Origin: Bacteroidales bacterium
GTDB lineage: Bacteria; Bacteroidota; Bacteroidia; Bacteroidales; ML635J-15
DNA: 64,000 nt
Assembly: GCA_017620015.1 (NCBI GenBank)
Contig: JAFZRE010000001.1
Location: forward strand, 35,968-99,967
Direction: 5' to 3'
Each line of letters opens with the position of its first letter. Positions within the stretch are counted from its first letter, which is position 1. Below are positions 17,201-24,711 of the stretch, in pieces. Under the pieces are notes generated by a model. It was not told the origin of the DNA and ran no database searches. It saw only the letters and a program-made list of their open reading frames with translations. The translations under genes were made by a program, and so were the position numbers.

Positions 17201-20054
17201 AAACATCATTCAAAAGCACAATATATTGCCGATAGTTTGTTGTAAGCGCAAACGATTCCAAAGGAGTAAACTCGCCATTCGCGACATATCCAACCTGAAA
17301 GTTCTCAGGAACAGAATCGTTATACCTTGCCCAGAACGAAATCATCAAGGTATTAATATCCGACATCTGTGGCAAGGCTAATACATTTTGCTGGTTGGTT
17401 CTTGATGTATGCATACATATAGCTTGCAAACCGCTATGTGAGGTGGTGGTGGACAAACTTTGACCGACAATATACGGATATAGATCATTACTTACAATAC
17501 GCTCCCAACAACGAGGAATAATCCTACTCGAATTATAGAGTGTTATGCCATCTAAGTTTTCTGTATATGGAATGGCTTGGATACCACATCCAGAGACAAA
17601 CGAAACCATCACCCATTCGTCATCACCTCCTCCACGGCAAACAGCCTTTACATAAACATCGTAGCTTGTATTTGCCAAAAGACCAGTGATTGAATATGAA
17701 GTTTGGGCAATATTCTCCACCGAAGTCCCTTCGGATTCGACATCAAATCCAGAAATACCATATTTCAGTTCCCATTCGACATCTTGCCGACCTGTCCAAG
17801 TTACATCGGCAGCTGTAGCAGTAATGTTCGAGGCTGTCAAGTTTAAAGGCTTTATATAATCGAGCCTTACATTGTCGATATGAACATTAACATCACCACC
17901 TGCCACAGTTGACTCTCCATAAAACGCAATCTTAACATAGTCTGAACTATAGTCCGTCAGACCGATTATAACCGTTTCGCCTGCGGTAGCAATGTTATTA
18001 TACACATACTCGGAACCAGCATTGTCGTACTGGCGGAGAATCGTCCAAGTTGCACCATTGTCGGTACTGATAAGGACAGCAAATTTATCATCCATCTGCT
18101 GAGTTGTGTTAACTGGCTGCAAAGTCCCTGAAAATTGCGTCAGAGCCAAATCAAAAGAAAGCTGTACACAATCATCCATAACAATATTGGGAGTTATCAG
18201 CCATTCTTTGCGAGAATTTCCCCATAGATTAACAATGGCATGCTTATCGAACACTCCATTAGATGACGACAATCCCCATCCGCTGCTAGACGTGGAAGTG
18301 AAATAGCCCCCGTCCATTACACTAGAAAGAAGACCCTGACGTTTTGACCAGTCGGGAATAGATGTTGCAAAATCCTCGACGAATGGAATCCCATATTTTG
18401 TGGAAAATTCTAATGTTCTCCACGCTGCTGTCCAGTCAGAATCACAGTTGGATTGAATCTCTACAAAATAATCCGTACCACTATTAAGCCCTGTAAGTGT
18501 GTATGTAGTAGAAGTTATCCCGTTTACACATGTATAATGGTCAGCCGAAGTTGCCTTGTATTGTATATTCCACATAGTTTCGTCATAAGCGGGAGTCCAC
18601 GATAATGTTGCCGAATATACGGAAGGTGAACATGTAAAATTTTCTGGTGGCGGACAATTGGAAAGAGTAGCAAAATACCAATTGCTTGTCCAATTGCTGT
18701 ATCCATCTGCATCGCAGTTTGCGCGAACCTTTACCCTATAGTTGGTACTTAACGAAAGACCGGTAAAAGTGTATTCATTAGAATCAACATCAATAATATT
18801 TTCTTCGTCATCGTTAAGGCAAATCTGCCATTCGGTTTCATTTCCACCAGCCTCCCAAGTTACAAATGCAGTAGTCTTACCTCTAGTTACAGACAGTCCA
18901 GTTGGAACAGGACAAAGCGGAATAGTTGTAAAGGACACATTGCTAGTCCAGTTGCTATACCCTTCTTCTGCACAATTTGCACGTACCTTAACATTATAAG
19001 TGGTTTCTGGAGTCAATTCTGCCAAATCATACGAATTCGCATTTATATCAATCAAGCTGTCTTCATCGTTGTTAATACAAATCTGCCAAGCCGTCTCGTT
19101 CGAACCCTCTGACCACGATAAGCTTGCCGTTGTAGCACCTATGTTCGATACTGCCAAGTTTGTTGGTCTAAAACAAGAAATAAGAGTTGTGAAAGAAATA
19201 TTTCTAGTCCAATTGCTATATGAACCGTTTCCACAACTTACCCGAACCTTTACATTATACAAGGTTTCTGAAGTTAAGCCTGTCAATTCGTATGCATTTG
19301 AATTTACATCAATTAGGTTGTTTTCGTCATCATTCAGACAAATCTGCCAAGCGGATTCACCGTCTTCTGCAGTCCACGAAACATAAGCTCCGTGAGCTGT
19401 TACATCACTTACCGAAACAGATGAAGGCCTAAAACAATGTCCTGTAGCGGGAGTAATGCCAAGTTGAATGTCATTTTGCCAAGTAACTGCATAATTAAAA
19501 ATACCGATGTTGCTGATGTCTGGAATTTGAGAACTACCATAAATTATAAGAGAAACCGTTTTATTCGTAACATAAGAACACCTAAATTTATAATTGTTAT
19601 CATAGTGCCCATTTGTTGTATCATACATACAAATCAAAAGGTTGTCTATTCCATTGTATTCAAACGGGGTATCAAGACTGAGAGTAAACCAACCCGGTTC
19701 GGTAGCAGCGAAATCTCCATCATAAACCAATGTGGCGGAGTCAAGGGCAATAACATCGCGACCATCTACAAACTCACTTTTTGCGGTATGCATCATATAC
19801 ATCAGAATCCCCGACATAGAGAATGGCGATGTATAATCATAATAGAAACCGACAGATGAAATTGTTCCTGCAATTCCAATATCTTCAACATTAAAAATCT
19901 GCTGTGTGAACGAGTAATTGTAGTCCATGCGTATAGGCAAATCATAAGATGTACGGGCACCATCTCCAATCTCCACAATTTCTTGTGAATGCATATCCAC
20001 AGAAAAGCATAACACTGACAACAACAGAATTATGGAATATAATAACTTTTTCAT
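14247..20054 (-). CDS. giant (1935 aa) T9SS-secreted surface protein with about 13 fibronectin-III-like modules, three larger beta-sandwich modules, a divergent InlB B-repeat and a T9SS C-terminal sorting domain
   Basis: Signal peptide. Recurrent module ...WQICxNDxEDxxIDVxxNxYxLTGLxxxTxYxVKVRAxC.... Near the C-terminus, GYRIENVMVDGVSV...YTFTNVTEDHTIHATF. It ends with ...TAGTYFLRIISGEKVYVEQIVVE, typical of a Por_Secre_tail domain. Confidence 0.9.
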   Translation of the reverse strand: MKKLLYSIILLLSVLCFSVDMHSQEIVEIGDGARTSYDLPIRMDYNYSFTQQIFNVEDIGIAGTISSVGFYYDYTSPFSMSGILMYMMHTAKSEFVDGRDVIALDSATLVYDGDFAATEPGWFTLSLDTPFEYNGIDNLLICMYDTTNGHYDNNYKFRCSYVTNKTVSLIIYGSSQIPDISNIGIFNYAVTWQNDIQLGITPATGHCFRPSSVSVSDVTAHGAYVSWTAEDGESAWQICLNDDENNLIDVNSNAYELTGLTSETLYNVKVRVSCGNGSYSNWTRNISFTTLISCFRPTNLAVSNIGATTASLSWSEGSNETAWQICINNDEDSLIDINANSYDLAELTPETTYNVKVRANCAEEGYSNWTSNVSFTTIPLCPVPTGLSVTRGKTTAFVTWEAGGNETEWQICLNDDEENIIDVDSNEYTFTGLSLSTNYRVKVRANCDADGYSNWTSNWYFATLSNCPPPENFTCSPSVYSATLSWTPAYDETMWNIQYKATSADHYTCVNGITSTTYTLTGLNSGTDYFVEIQSNCDSDWTAAWRTLEFSTKYGIPFVEDFATSIPDWSKRQGLLSSVMDGGYFTSTSSSGWGLSSSNGVFDKHAIVNLWGNSRKEWLITPNIVMDDCVQLSFDLALTQFSGTLQPVNTTQQMDDKFAVLISTDNGATWTILRQYDNAGSEYVYNNIATAGETVIIGLTDYSSDYVKIAFYGESTVAGGDVNVHIDNVRLDYIKPLNLTASNITATAADVTWTGRQDVEWELKYGISGFDVESEGTSVENIAQTSYSITGLLANTSYDVYVKAVCRGGGDDEWVMVSFVSGCGIQAIPYTENLDGITLYNSSRIIPRCWERIVSNDLYPYIVGQSLSTTTSHSGLQAICMHTSRTNQQNVLALPQMSDINTLMISFWARYNDSVPENFQVGYVANGEFTPLESFALTTNYRQYIVLLNDVSADAERIAICLNDPAGGSFVYVDDVEVVPIVSCPSPINVEVSNITNNSAVISWTPVGDETAWQYTMDDGITWNDFATAPVGTTTKSYTFTGLDAATGYTIKIRAYCSDSEQSEASSEVAFYTDICGDDEMCEISYSLSDRFGDSWNDAAINVVDVETGRVLTALTMEIGISNITGTLQVCNGREISFVWSSGSFDNECSYAVYDVNGDEILSGTGAMATVNYMVDCHCMRPSALNVSSITTNSATIIWTAGADETAWQICVNDNEDEIINVEYTTYTLTDLSQDSDYTVKVRANCGESNGVSDWTANVAFTTAAVCPVPTNLRVSIIDANSVDLTWNGWIGQNSWQICINDNEDEIINVEYTTYTLTDLSPELNYTVKVRTNCEEDGFSRWSPDLSFTIFDACTAPNNLSFSNIGMNSATVSWNAIGNENMWQIALNGNLDNIIDVYDNEYTFTGLERDTRYSVVVRSLCDENRYSYWKAGSFSTLARCPSPANLTASIVDTTYAIITWSANVDVTSWLVYINYDFDNAIEVDNPTYTLTNLTEGTEYEVWVRSNCGSEQGGFSVVTFTTLADCYAPNDIYVEANANSANVSWEGTSDSYILRYRAAEINGSYYRDFEDLHNSDGWSTIDNDGDGYCWTSFINGMMDSHSGTGCVSSLSYPPYEISPVVQDNWLVSPRLALNGSLKIWVKSQNNSSSDEHFGIYVSTTGRWSVSDFNTQVLPETIATDEYMEYSVDLSSYNWHLGYIAIRHYNSSGTGHLNIDDFEIEGENVPAGEWVEVETTETSYEITGLEQGVEYDVQIMGICGDKHSIWSRNITLQTLSISATAGAHGAINPSGIITFNRGEDQTFSIIPDEGYRIENVMVDGVSVMADLENNTYTFTNVTEDHTIHATFESVVSVDMTEEPSMSIHPNPNNGMFSIVFYGIEGNVTYQLINVNGAVVETRDINVMDGATMNFNHNLTAGTYFLRIISGEKVYVEQIVVE
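16091..16156 (-). repeat. 66-nt block identical to 16355..16420 (offset 264 nt, one FN3 module) inside the giant adhesin gene
   Basis: gagaaaggtcagttaatgtatatgtagtgtattcgacattaataatttcatcttcattatcgttga occurs twice, encoding ...NDNEDEIINVEYTTYTLTDLS... in two adjacent modules. Confidence 0.9.
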
Positions 20055-20123
20055 TTTTAAAATCCTCCTGTTTAATATTCGTAAAACTCAACATAAATAC
20101 ATTCATATTTTTACAATTCAATG

Positions 20124-20131
20124 CAAAGATA
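20124..20131 (-). promoter_or_regulatory. -7 box TATCTTTG upstream of the giant adhesin gene
   Basis: Matches TAnnTTTG on the minus strand, about 70 nt upstream of ATG 20054. Confidence 0.45.
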
Positions 20132-20520
20132 ATTTTTTTTTAGATACAAATAACATAATGCTCATTTTTTTATAGAGTGCATGACGGCACATAGGGTCCT
20201 GTTTGTACGAAACAACAAAGCGATGCCTTGAAAAAAGCATAGCAAAGCCATAATGTTTCAATGTCGCAATACAAAAACCAACAGCAAGCGACTAATAATA
20301 GCCTTATCAACCTTTAACCGCATAAAAACCGCTTTAGCCAGCGAGATTTTAAAAATTTTATCTAAATCCGCTGCATAACGCCACTTTTTTTACAAATACG
20401 CATGCCTATGTATGTGTTAATTTTTATAATCAACACCCCATCAAATTATTTTTTTTCGGTAATTTTTTTTTGGTAATTAAAATTTAATAATTATAATTTA
20501 CTGATTATCACTCTTTAAAC

Positions 20521-20600
20521 CATGAAACATAGAAACGCCGAAGGCATTGCAACTTAGAAACAGCGTCAGCCATAGAAACGGCTTCTGCCCCCATAAACTT
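20521..20600. repeat. GTTTCTNN / ATGGCT-N-GCCGTTT modules in inverted orientation
   Basis: The reverse complement reads ...gcagaagccgtttctatggctgacgctgtttctaagttgcaatgccttcggcgtttctatgtttcatg. Confidence 0.75.
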
Positions 20601-20610
20601 CACAAATCCC

Positions 20611-20641
20611 TTTGCCATTCAAAATAATTGTTGTAATTTTG
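20611..20641 (+). promoter_or_regulatory. Bacteroidota sigma-A type promoter of rplY-pth (-33 TTTG, -7 TAATTTTG)
   Basis: TTTG at 20611-14 and TAATTTTG at 20634-41 with a 19-nt spacer, matching the published TTTG/TAnnTTTG consensus. It lies about 75 nt upstream of the ATG. Confidence 0.6.
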
Positions 20642-20717
20642 TACCCGATTTTGTTTAACTGTGCGATGGGGCCGCGAGTGCGTGGCTGAGTAGTACATAA
20701 ATAATTTTATAAAAGTA

Positions 20718-21323
20718 ATGAAACATTTTGAAGTAAAGGGTACAGTTCGTACCGAATTCGGCAAGAAGGCCGCAAAGCAAATCAAGAGAAGCAACAACAT
20801 TCCATGTGTAGTTTATGGTATCGACCAGACAACTCACTTCACAGTTGCAAGTGCTGATGTCCGCAACCTTATCTTCACTCCTGATGTAATGTTCGCAGAC
20901 CTCAACATCGATGGTAAGGTAAGACCGACCTTGCTGAAGGAAATCCAGTTCGACCCGATTTCAGACCAGGTTATCCACATCGACTTCTACGAAGTTGACC
21001 CATCAAAGCCTGTAAAGGTTCGCATTCCTCTGAAGCTCGTTGGTAACTCTGCTGGTGTAAAGGCCGGTGGTAAGTTGAAACACAGCCTCAAGAAAATCGC
21101 TATCAAGGGTATGATGGAAGATATTCCTAACGTTTACGAAGTAAACATCGAAGACCTGAAACTTGGCGAATCAATCAGAATCAAGGACTTGAAGTCTGAT
21201 AAGCTCCAGTTCACCGAAAACGGCAGCACATTGATAGCATCAGTTATGATTGCCCGTGGTGCATCTAGCGACGAAGGTTCTGAAGAAGGTGGCGAAGCTG
21301 CTGAAACTCCAGCTGCTGAATAA
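20718..21323 (+). CDS. rplY: 50S ribosomal protein L25 / general stress protein Ctc
   Basis: The N-terminal G.VRTEFGKKAAKQIKRSNNIPCVVYG pattern and acidic C-terminal tail are typical of the long Ctc form of L25. Confidence 0.9.
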   Translation: MKHFEVKGTVRTEFGKKAAKQIKRSNNIPCVVYGIDQTTHFTVASADVRNLIFTPDVMFADLNIDGKVRPTLLKEIQFDPISDQVIHIDFYEVDPSKPVKVRIPLKLVGNSAGVKAGGKLKHSLKKIAIKGMMEDIPNVYEVNIEDLKLGESIRIKDLKSDKLQFTENGSTLIASVMIARGASSDEGSEEGGEAAETPAAE

Positions 21324-21347
21324 GCCACAAATTTCAATATCTGAATT

Positions 21348-21911
21348 GTGAAGTATCTCATTGTCGGGTTAGGAAATCCCGGAGCAGAATACAAGAATAC
21401 AAGGCACAATATTGGATATACGGTGCTCGACGCTTTCGTAGAAGGCGCGGGCATCGCTTTTTTTGATAAGCGCTATGCCTATCGCGCAGAAACGAGCATA
21501 AAAGGACGAACTCTCATCCTCATAAAGCCCACAACCTACATGAACCTCAGCGGAAACGCCGTCAGGTACTACATGAATCAGGAGAAAATTCCCTTAGAAA
21601 ACGTTTTTGTCATTGTCGACGACCTTGCACTGCCATTTGGCACAATCCGAATAAAGCCGAAGGGAAGCAGCGGCGGTCACAATGGACTGCAGAACATACA
21701 GGACACCATCGGAACGAGCGAATACGCCCGTCTAAGGTTCGGCATAGGAAACGAATTCTCGCGCGGCGGACAAATCGACTTCGTGCTTGGCGAGTGGACA
21801 AAGGAGGAAAGCGAAAAACTTAAGGAACGAGTAGATGTAGCCATCGAAGCCATAAAAAGTTTTCCGCTGATAGGCATAGAAAAGACAATGAACGCGTACA
21901 ACAACAAGTAA
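21348..21911 (+). CDS. pth: peptidyl-tRNA hydrolase
   Basis: GTG start. [24 protein letters not shown] and GSSGGHNGL motifs. Confidence 0.9.
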   Translation: MKYLIVGLGNPGAEYKNTRHNIGYTVLDAFVEGAGIAFFDKRYAYRAETSIKGRTLILIKPTTYMNLSGNAVRYYMNQEKIPLENVFVIVDDLALPFGTIRIKPKGSSGGHNGLQNIQDTIGTSEYARLRFGIGNEFSRGGQIDFVLGEWTKEESEKLKERVDVAIEAIKSFPLIGIEKTMNAYNNK

Positions 21912-21914
21912 CCA

Positions 21915-22721
21915 ATGCCAGCACCAAAACCACAAAAACAGAACTATAGGAATTTTTTCTCGCGTATGGCGGGCAAACTTTCCAATTCAAAGAAGCCACA
22001 GTGGTTTATCAAAGGTGTTATAAAACTATGGAAAAAGAAATACAAGATTGACCTGTCGGAGTACGTTGTCCCGCAAAACGGATTCAAGACCTTCAACTCG
22101 TTTTTCACTCGCAACCTAAAATCTGGCACACGCCCGATAAGCGAAGGATTAGTTTCGCCAGTTGACGGATTTATCTTCGATTTCGGCAAGATTACAGGCG
22201 ACAACAAGATTTACGTCAAGTTCAAACACTACTACGTTGACGATCTCATCTGCGACGAGTACGAAAACATGTCGTCGTATGCCGTGCTTTACCTCTCCCC
22301 CGCCAACTACCATCGCGTTCACGCTGCTTTCGATATGGAAATCACCGACATAAGCTATCTGCCAGGCACATTGCGTCCCGTAAAGCCCAAAGTAGTTTAC
22401 AAAAAAGACCGAGTTTATTGCCGCAACGAGCGCATTGTAATTCACGGCAAGTCGGAATACGGCAAATTCTACATGATTCTAGTCGGAGCATTGTTCGTCG
22501 GCAAGACAAAACTGTCGTTCGACAGCGGTCTGCAAACAAACATCAAGAAAGGCGTAGCATCGAAGCGTATCTACGATACACCTATTAAAATAAAAAAGGG
22601 AGATGAAGTCGGCTATTTCGAAATGGGTTCGAGCGTTATCCTATTCATGGACGACGAAAGACTTGCAAACATAAAGTTTCCGCTCAATTCCCCAGTGAGA
22701 GTAGGAACCAATCTAGCGTAA
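21915..22721 (+). CDS. psd: phosphatidylserine decarboxylase proenzyme
   Basis: YLSPANYHRVHAAFD (DYHR-type motif) and an FEMGSSVILF self-cleavage G-S motif near the C-terminus. Confidence 0.8.
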   Translation: MPAPKPQKQNYRNFFSRMAGKLSNSKKPQWFIKGVIKLWKKKYKIDLSEYVVPQNGFKTFNSFFTRNLKSGTRPISEGLVSPVDGFIFDFGKITGDNKIYVKFKHYYVDDLICDEYENMSSYAVLYLSPANYHRVHAAFDMEITDISYLPGTLRPVKPKVVYKKDRVYCRNERIVIHGKSEYGKFYMILVGALFVGKTKLSFDSGLQTNIKKGVASKRIYDTPIKIKKGDEVGYFEMGSSVILFMDDERLANIKFPLNSPVRVGTNLA

Positions 22722-22900
22722 ATGGCCAACAGGCCCAAAGGCTAGCAGGCAAGAAGGCGAACAGCTTGCTAAGACGCAATTAATTGCATCCCAATATTAC
22801 ATAAATACCAGACATTAAGGCTGTTAGTCTGTTTGACCGCAAGACTATAAGACTGCAAGCCTGTTAGACCGTAAGACTGCGAGCCTTTTAGCTTGCGTCT
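22722..22900. repeat. word arrays GGC(C/T)A(A/G)CAGGC and GACTGCAAGCCTGTTAGACCGTAAGACTGCGAG (period 8) flanking an 18-bp near-palindrome
   Basis: Read directly. The near-palindrome gacgcaattaattgcatc is at 22773..22790. Confidence 0.75.
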
Positions 22901-22960
22901 CTAAACACTCTAATGTTAATAAATATTATCCTTTGACCCATTCGTCTAAATATTTGTCAG

Positions 22961-22968
22961 TACTTTTG
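22961..22968 (+). promoter_or_regulatory. -7 box TACTTTTG upstream of the OM barrel gene
   Basis: Matches TAnnTTTG, 28 nt before ATG 22996. Confidence 0.5.
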
Positions 22969-22995
22969 CACAGATTTAATTAAATTTTACACACT

Positions 22996-23871
22996 ATGAG
23001 GAAATTTTCAATTTTGTTAGTGGCACTTATGTTTACAGTAAACATTTTTGCCCAGGAAAATGACAAAAACGGAGAAGTCAACATGATGTCGAAGCGTGGT
23101 GAATACATTCTACCTGTTGAAGGCGACTTCGCTCTCGGTATCAATGCTATTCCGTTAGTCAATTACTTTGGTAACCTATTTAATGGTAAAACAAACAACT
23201 CAGCAAGTTTCGATGCTATGGATTGGTGGACAGGTTTGGTAAACTCCCCAGTCCTTATGGGCAAGTACTATCTTTCCGACAAGACGGCTATCCGTGCTGG
23301 TTTGACCATCAACATTGACAACAGGGTTCAAAGGATGAATGTAATGATGAACCAGCAGATTCCAGATCCAAAGGTTACTGTTACCGATGTATGGAGTCAC
23401 ACAGGAACAACTCTTGGTATCGGCGGCGACTACCTTATGTACAGAGGCAAGGGAAGACTTCAGGGATTCTATGGTGGTGGACTTTCTTTTGTTTACAGCA
23501 AGTCAAAGGATTCCTATAATTATGGGAACCTCATCACTACCGAATTCTCTTCACCTTACTGGTACGACTTTGCTGCTGGCGCAACAACTTCTGGTGGAAC
23601 ACGTACACTTTCCAAGAGTGACGACCGTTCATACGGAATCGTACTTGGCGGTGTTGTCGGTATCGAATATTTCGTAGCACCTAAGATTTCAATAGGTGGT
23701 GAATTCAGACTTGGACTTTACACTGGAATCGACACCTATGGCAAGGAAACAGTAGAACGTTGGACTGGTACAGAAAGAGAAGTTGAAGTTTTGCCAAAAC
23801 GAGCAAACGACAACAGAATATCACTCAAAAACGCATCAACTGGTTCAATATTTATGATGTTCCATTTTTAA
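22996..23871 (+). CDS. outer-membrane beta-barrel protein (porin-like)
   Basis: Signal peptide ending FAQE, alternating aromatic/glycine beta-strand pattern, and C-terminal ...GSIFMMFHF. Confidence 0.6.
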   Translation: MRKFSILLVALMFTVNIFAQENDKNGEVNMMSKRGEYILPVEGDFALGINAIPLVNYFGNLFNGKTNNSASFDAMDWWTGLVNSPVLMGKYYLSDKTAIRAGLTINIDNRVQRMNVMMNQQIPDPKVTVTDVWSHTGTTLGIGGDYLMYRGKGRLQGFYGGGLSFVYSKSKDSYNYGNLITTEFSSPYWYDFAAGATTSGGTRTLSKSDDRSYGIVLGGVVGIEYFVAPKISIGGEFRLGLYTGIDTYGKETVERWTGTEREVEVLPKRANDNRISLKNASTGSIFMMFHF

Positions 23872-23910
23872 TCAACGAAAATAAAGTTTAACAATAAAAA
23901 AATTAAAATT

Positions 23911-24375
23911 ATGAAGAAAATATTTTCAATTATCGCAATCGCTCTCATTGGAGCATTCGTTTTGTCATCATGTGAAAAGAAGTATGAAACTGAACCTTTG
24001 AAGACCATAACAATATCGGGAACTGTTAAGGCAAACCTCGACCTTACTGCAGCAAATCCTGGTGATGCTCCTAACGGAACAAAGATTATCTTCAGAATCG
24101 ATGCAGCAGACCTCTGCCAGACTCCAGAAGCAGGTTACGATTACAACACCCTCCAGTATGAAGTTGAAGTATCGGGCGGTAAATATTCGGTAGAATTACC
24201 ATCTGTTAATTTCAAGGCAGTAAACGTTGATATCGTTCCTGTTGACTTCAAGGCTAACCAGATTCAGGATGCAACTGGAGCTGTTAAGGAAAAGGTATTC
24301 TCATCGAGTGCTTACACAATTACAATTAGGGAAGGTGAAGCTTACTTTGAAGACATTACATTCTATGGAATTTAA
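23911..24375 (+). CDS. small lipoprotein, possibly with a transthyretin/carboxypeptidase-regulatory-like fold
   Basis: Lipobox VLSSC. The ITISGTVKA start is typical of CarboxypepD_reg-like sandwiches. It lies 39 nt downstream of the barrel gene and is followed by a rho-independent terminator. Confidence 0.55.
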   Translation: MKKIFSIIAIALIGAFVLSSCEKKYETEPLKTITISGTVKANLDLTAANPGDAPNGTKIIFRIDAADLCQTPEAGYDYNTLQYEVEVSGGKYSVELPSVNFKAVNVDIVPVDFKANQIQDATGAVKEKVFSSSAYTITIREGEAYFEDITFYGI

Positions 24376-24395
24376 TCTAACTGTTTTAATAATTC

Positions 24396-24422
24396 AAAGC
24401 CGCCTCGTGCGGCTTTTTTTGT
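24396..24422 (+). terminator. rho-independent terminator of the barrel/lipoprotein pair
   Basis: AGCCGC-ctcgt-GCGGCT followed by a T8 run. Confidence 0.85.
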
Positions 24423-24497
24423 ACCCTTACACAATCCTTATAAAAATGAATGGTCAGCAAATAAATTACTAGTTTACGCTAAGAACACCATTATAGT

Positions 24498-24617
24498 GTC
24501 ATTTTACAAAGCAAAACAACTGAGGGGATTCACAACGCACGATGCTTCTCTGCTTCGTATCGTGTGTTAGGACTTGCATCATCAACCCTTAGTTCACTAA
24601 GCGAAACAAATAATGAC
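24498..24617 (+). ncRNA. candidate structured intergenic element, copy 2 (about 120 nt), lying between two convergent rho-independent terminators
   Basis: Shares GTCATT...TTCGCT.GTGA.CTAA.GGT and AACRCRCGATACG...GCGTTGTGAA blocks with copy 1 in inverse orientation. An 11-bp stem 24535-45/24557-67 is fully paired on the + strand (two G-U pairs) but has two A-C mismatches on the - strand. Confidence 0.35.
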
Positions 24618-24660
24618 TACGTTGTGGAGCAAATGCCAATAATTTACAAGATACGACTAC

Positions 24661-24690
24661 AATAAAAAAGGTCGCTTAATGGCGACCTTT
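24661..24690 (-). terminator. rho-independent terminator of the DUF1566 lipoprotein operon
   Basis: On the minus strand, GGTCGC-cattaa-GCGACC followed by TTTTTTATT, 22 nt after the stop. Confidence 0.8.
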
Positions 24691-24711
24691 CATAATAATT
24701 ATCTATTAAAC

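Noticed and set aside
20253-20378. 41-codon ORF (MFQCRNTKTNSKRLIIALSTFNRIKTALASEILKILSKSAA) in the long intergenic region.
   Set aside because: No recognisable promoter or ribosome-binding context and no family resemblance. At this length it is indistinguishable from chance, so it is kept only as a note under the intergenic-region finding.
20055-20717. Invertible (phase-variable) promoter upstream of the giant surface protein gene, as in Bacteroides invertons.
   Set aside because: I found no pair of inverted repeats of 12 bp or more flanking the promoter region, and no site-specific recombinase gene in the window.
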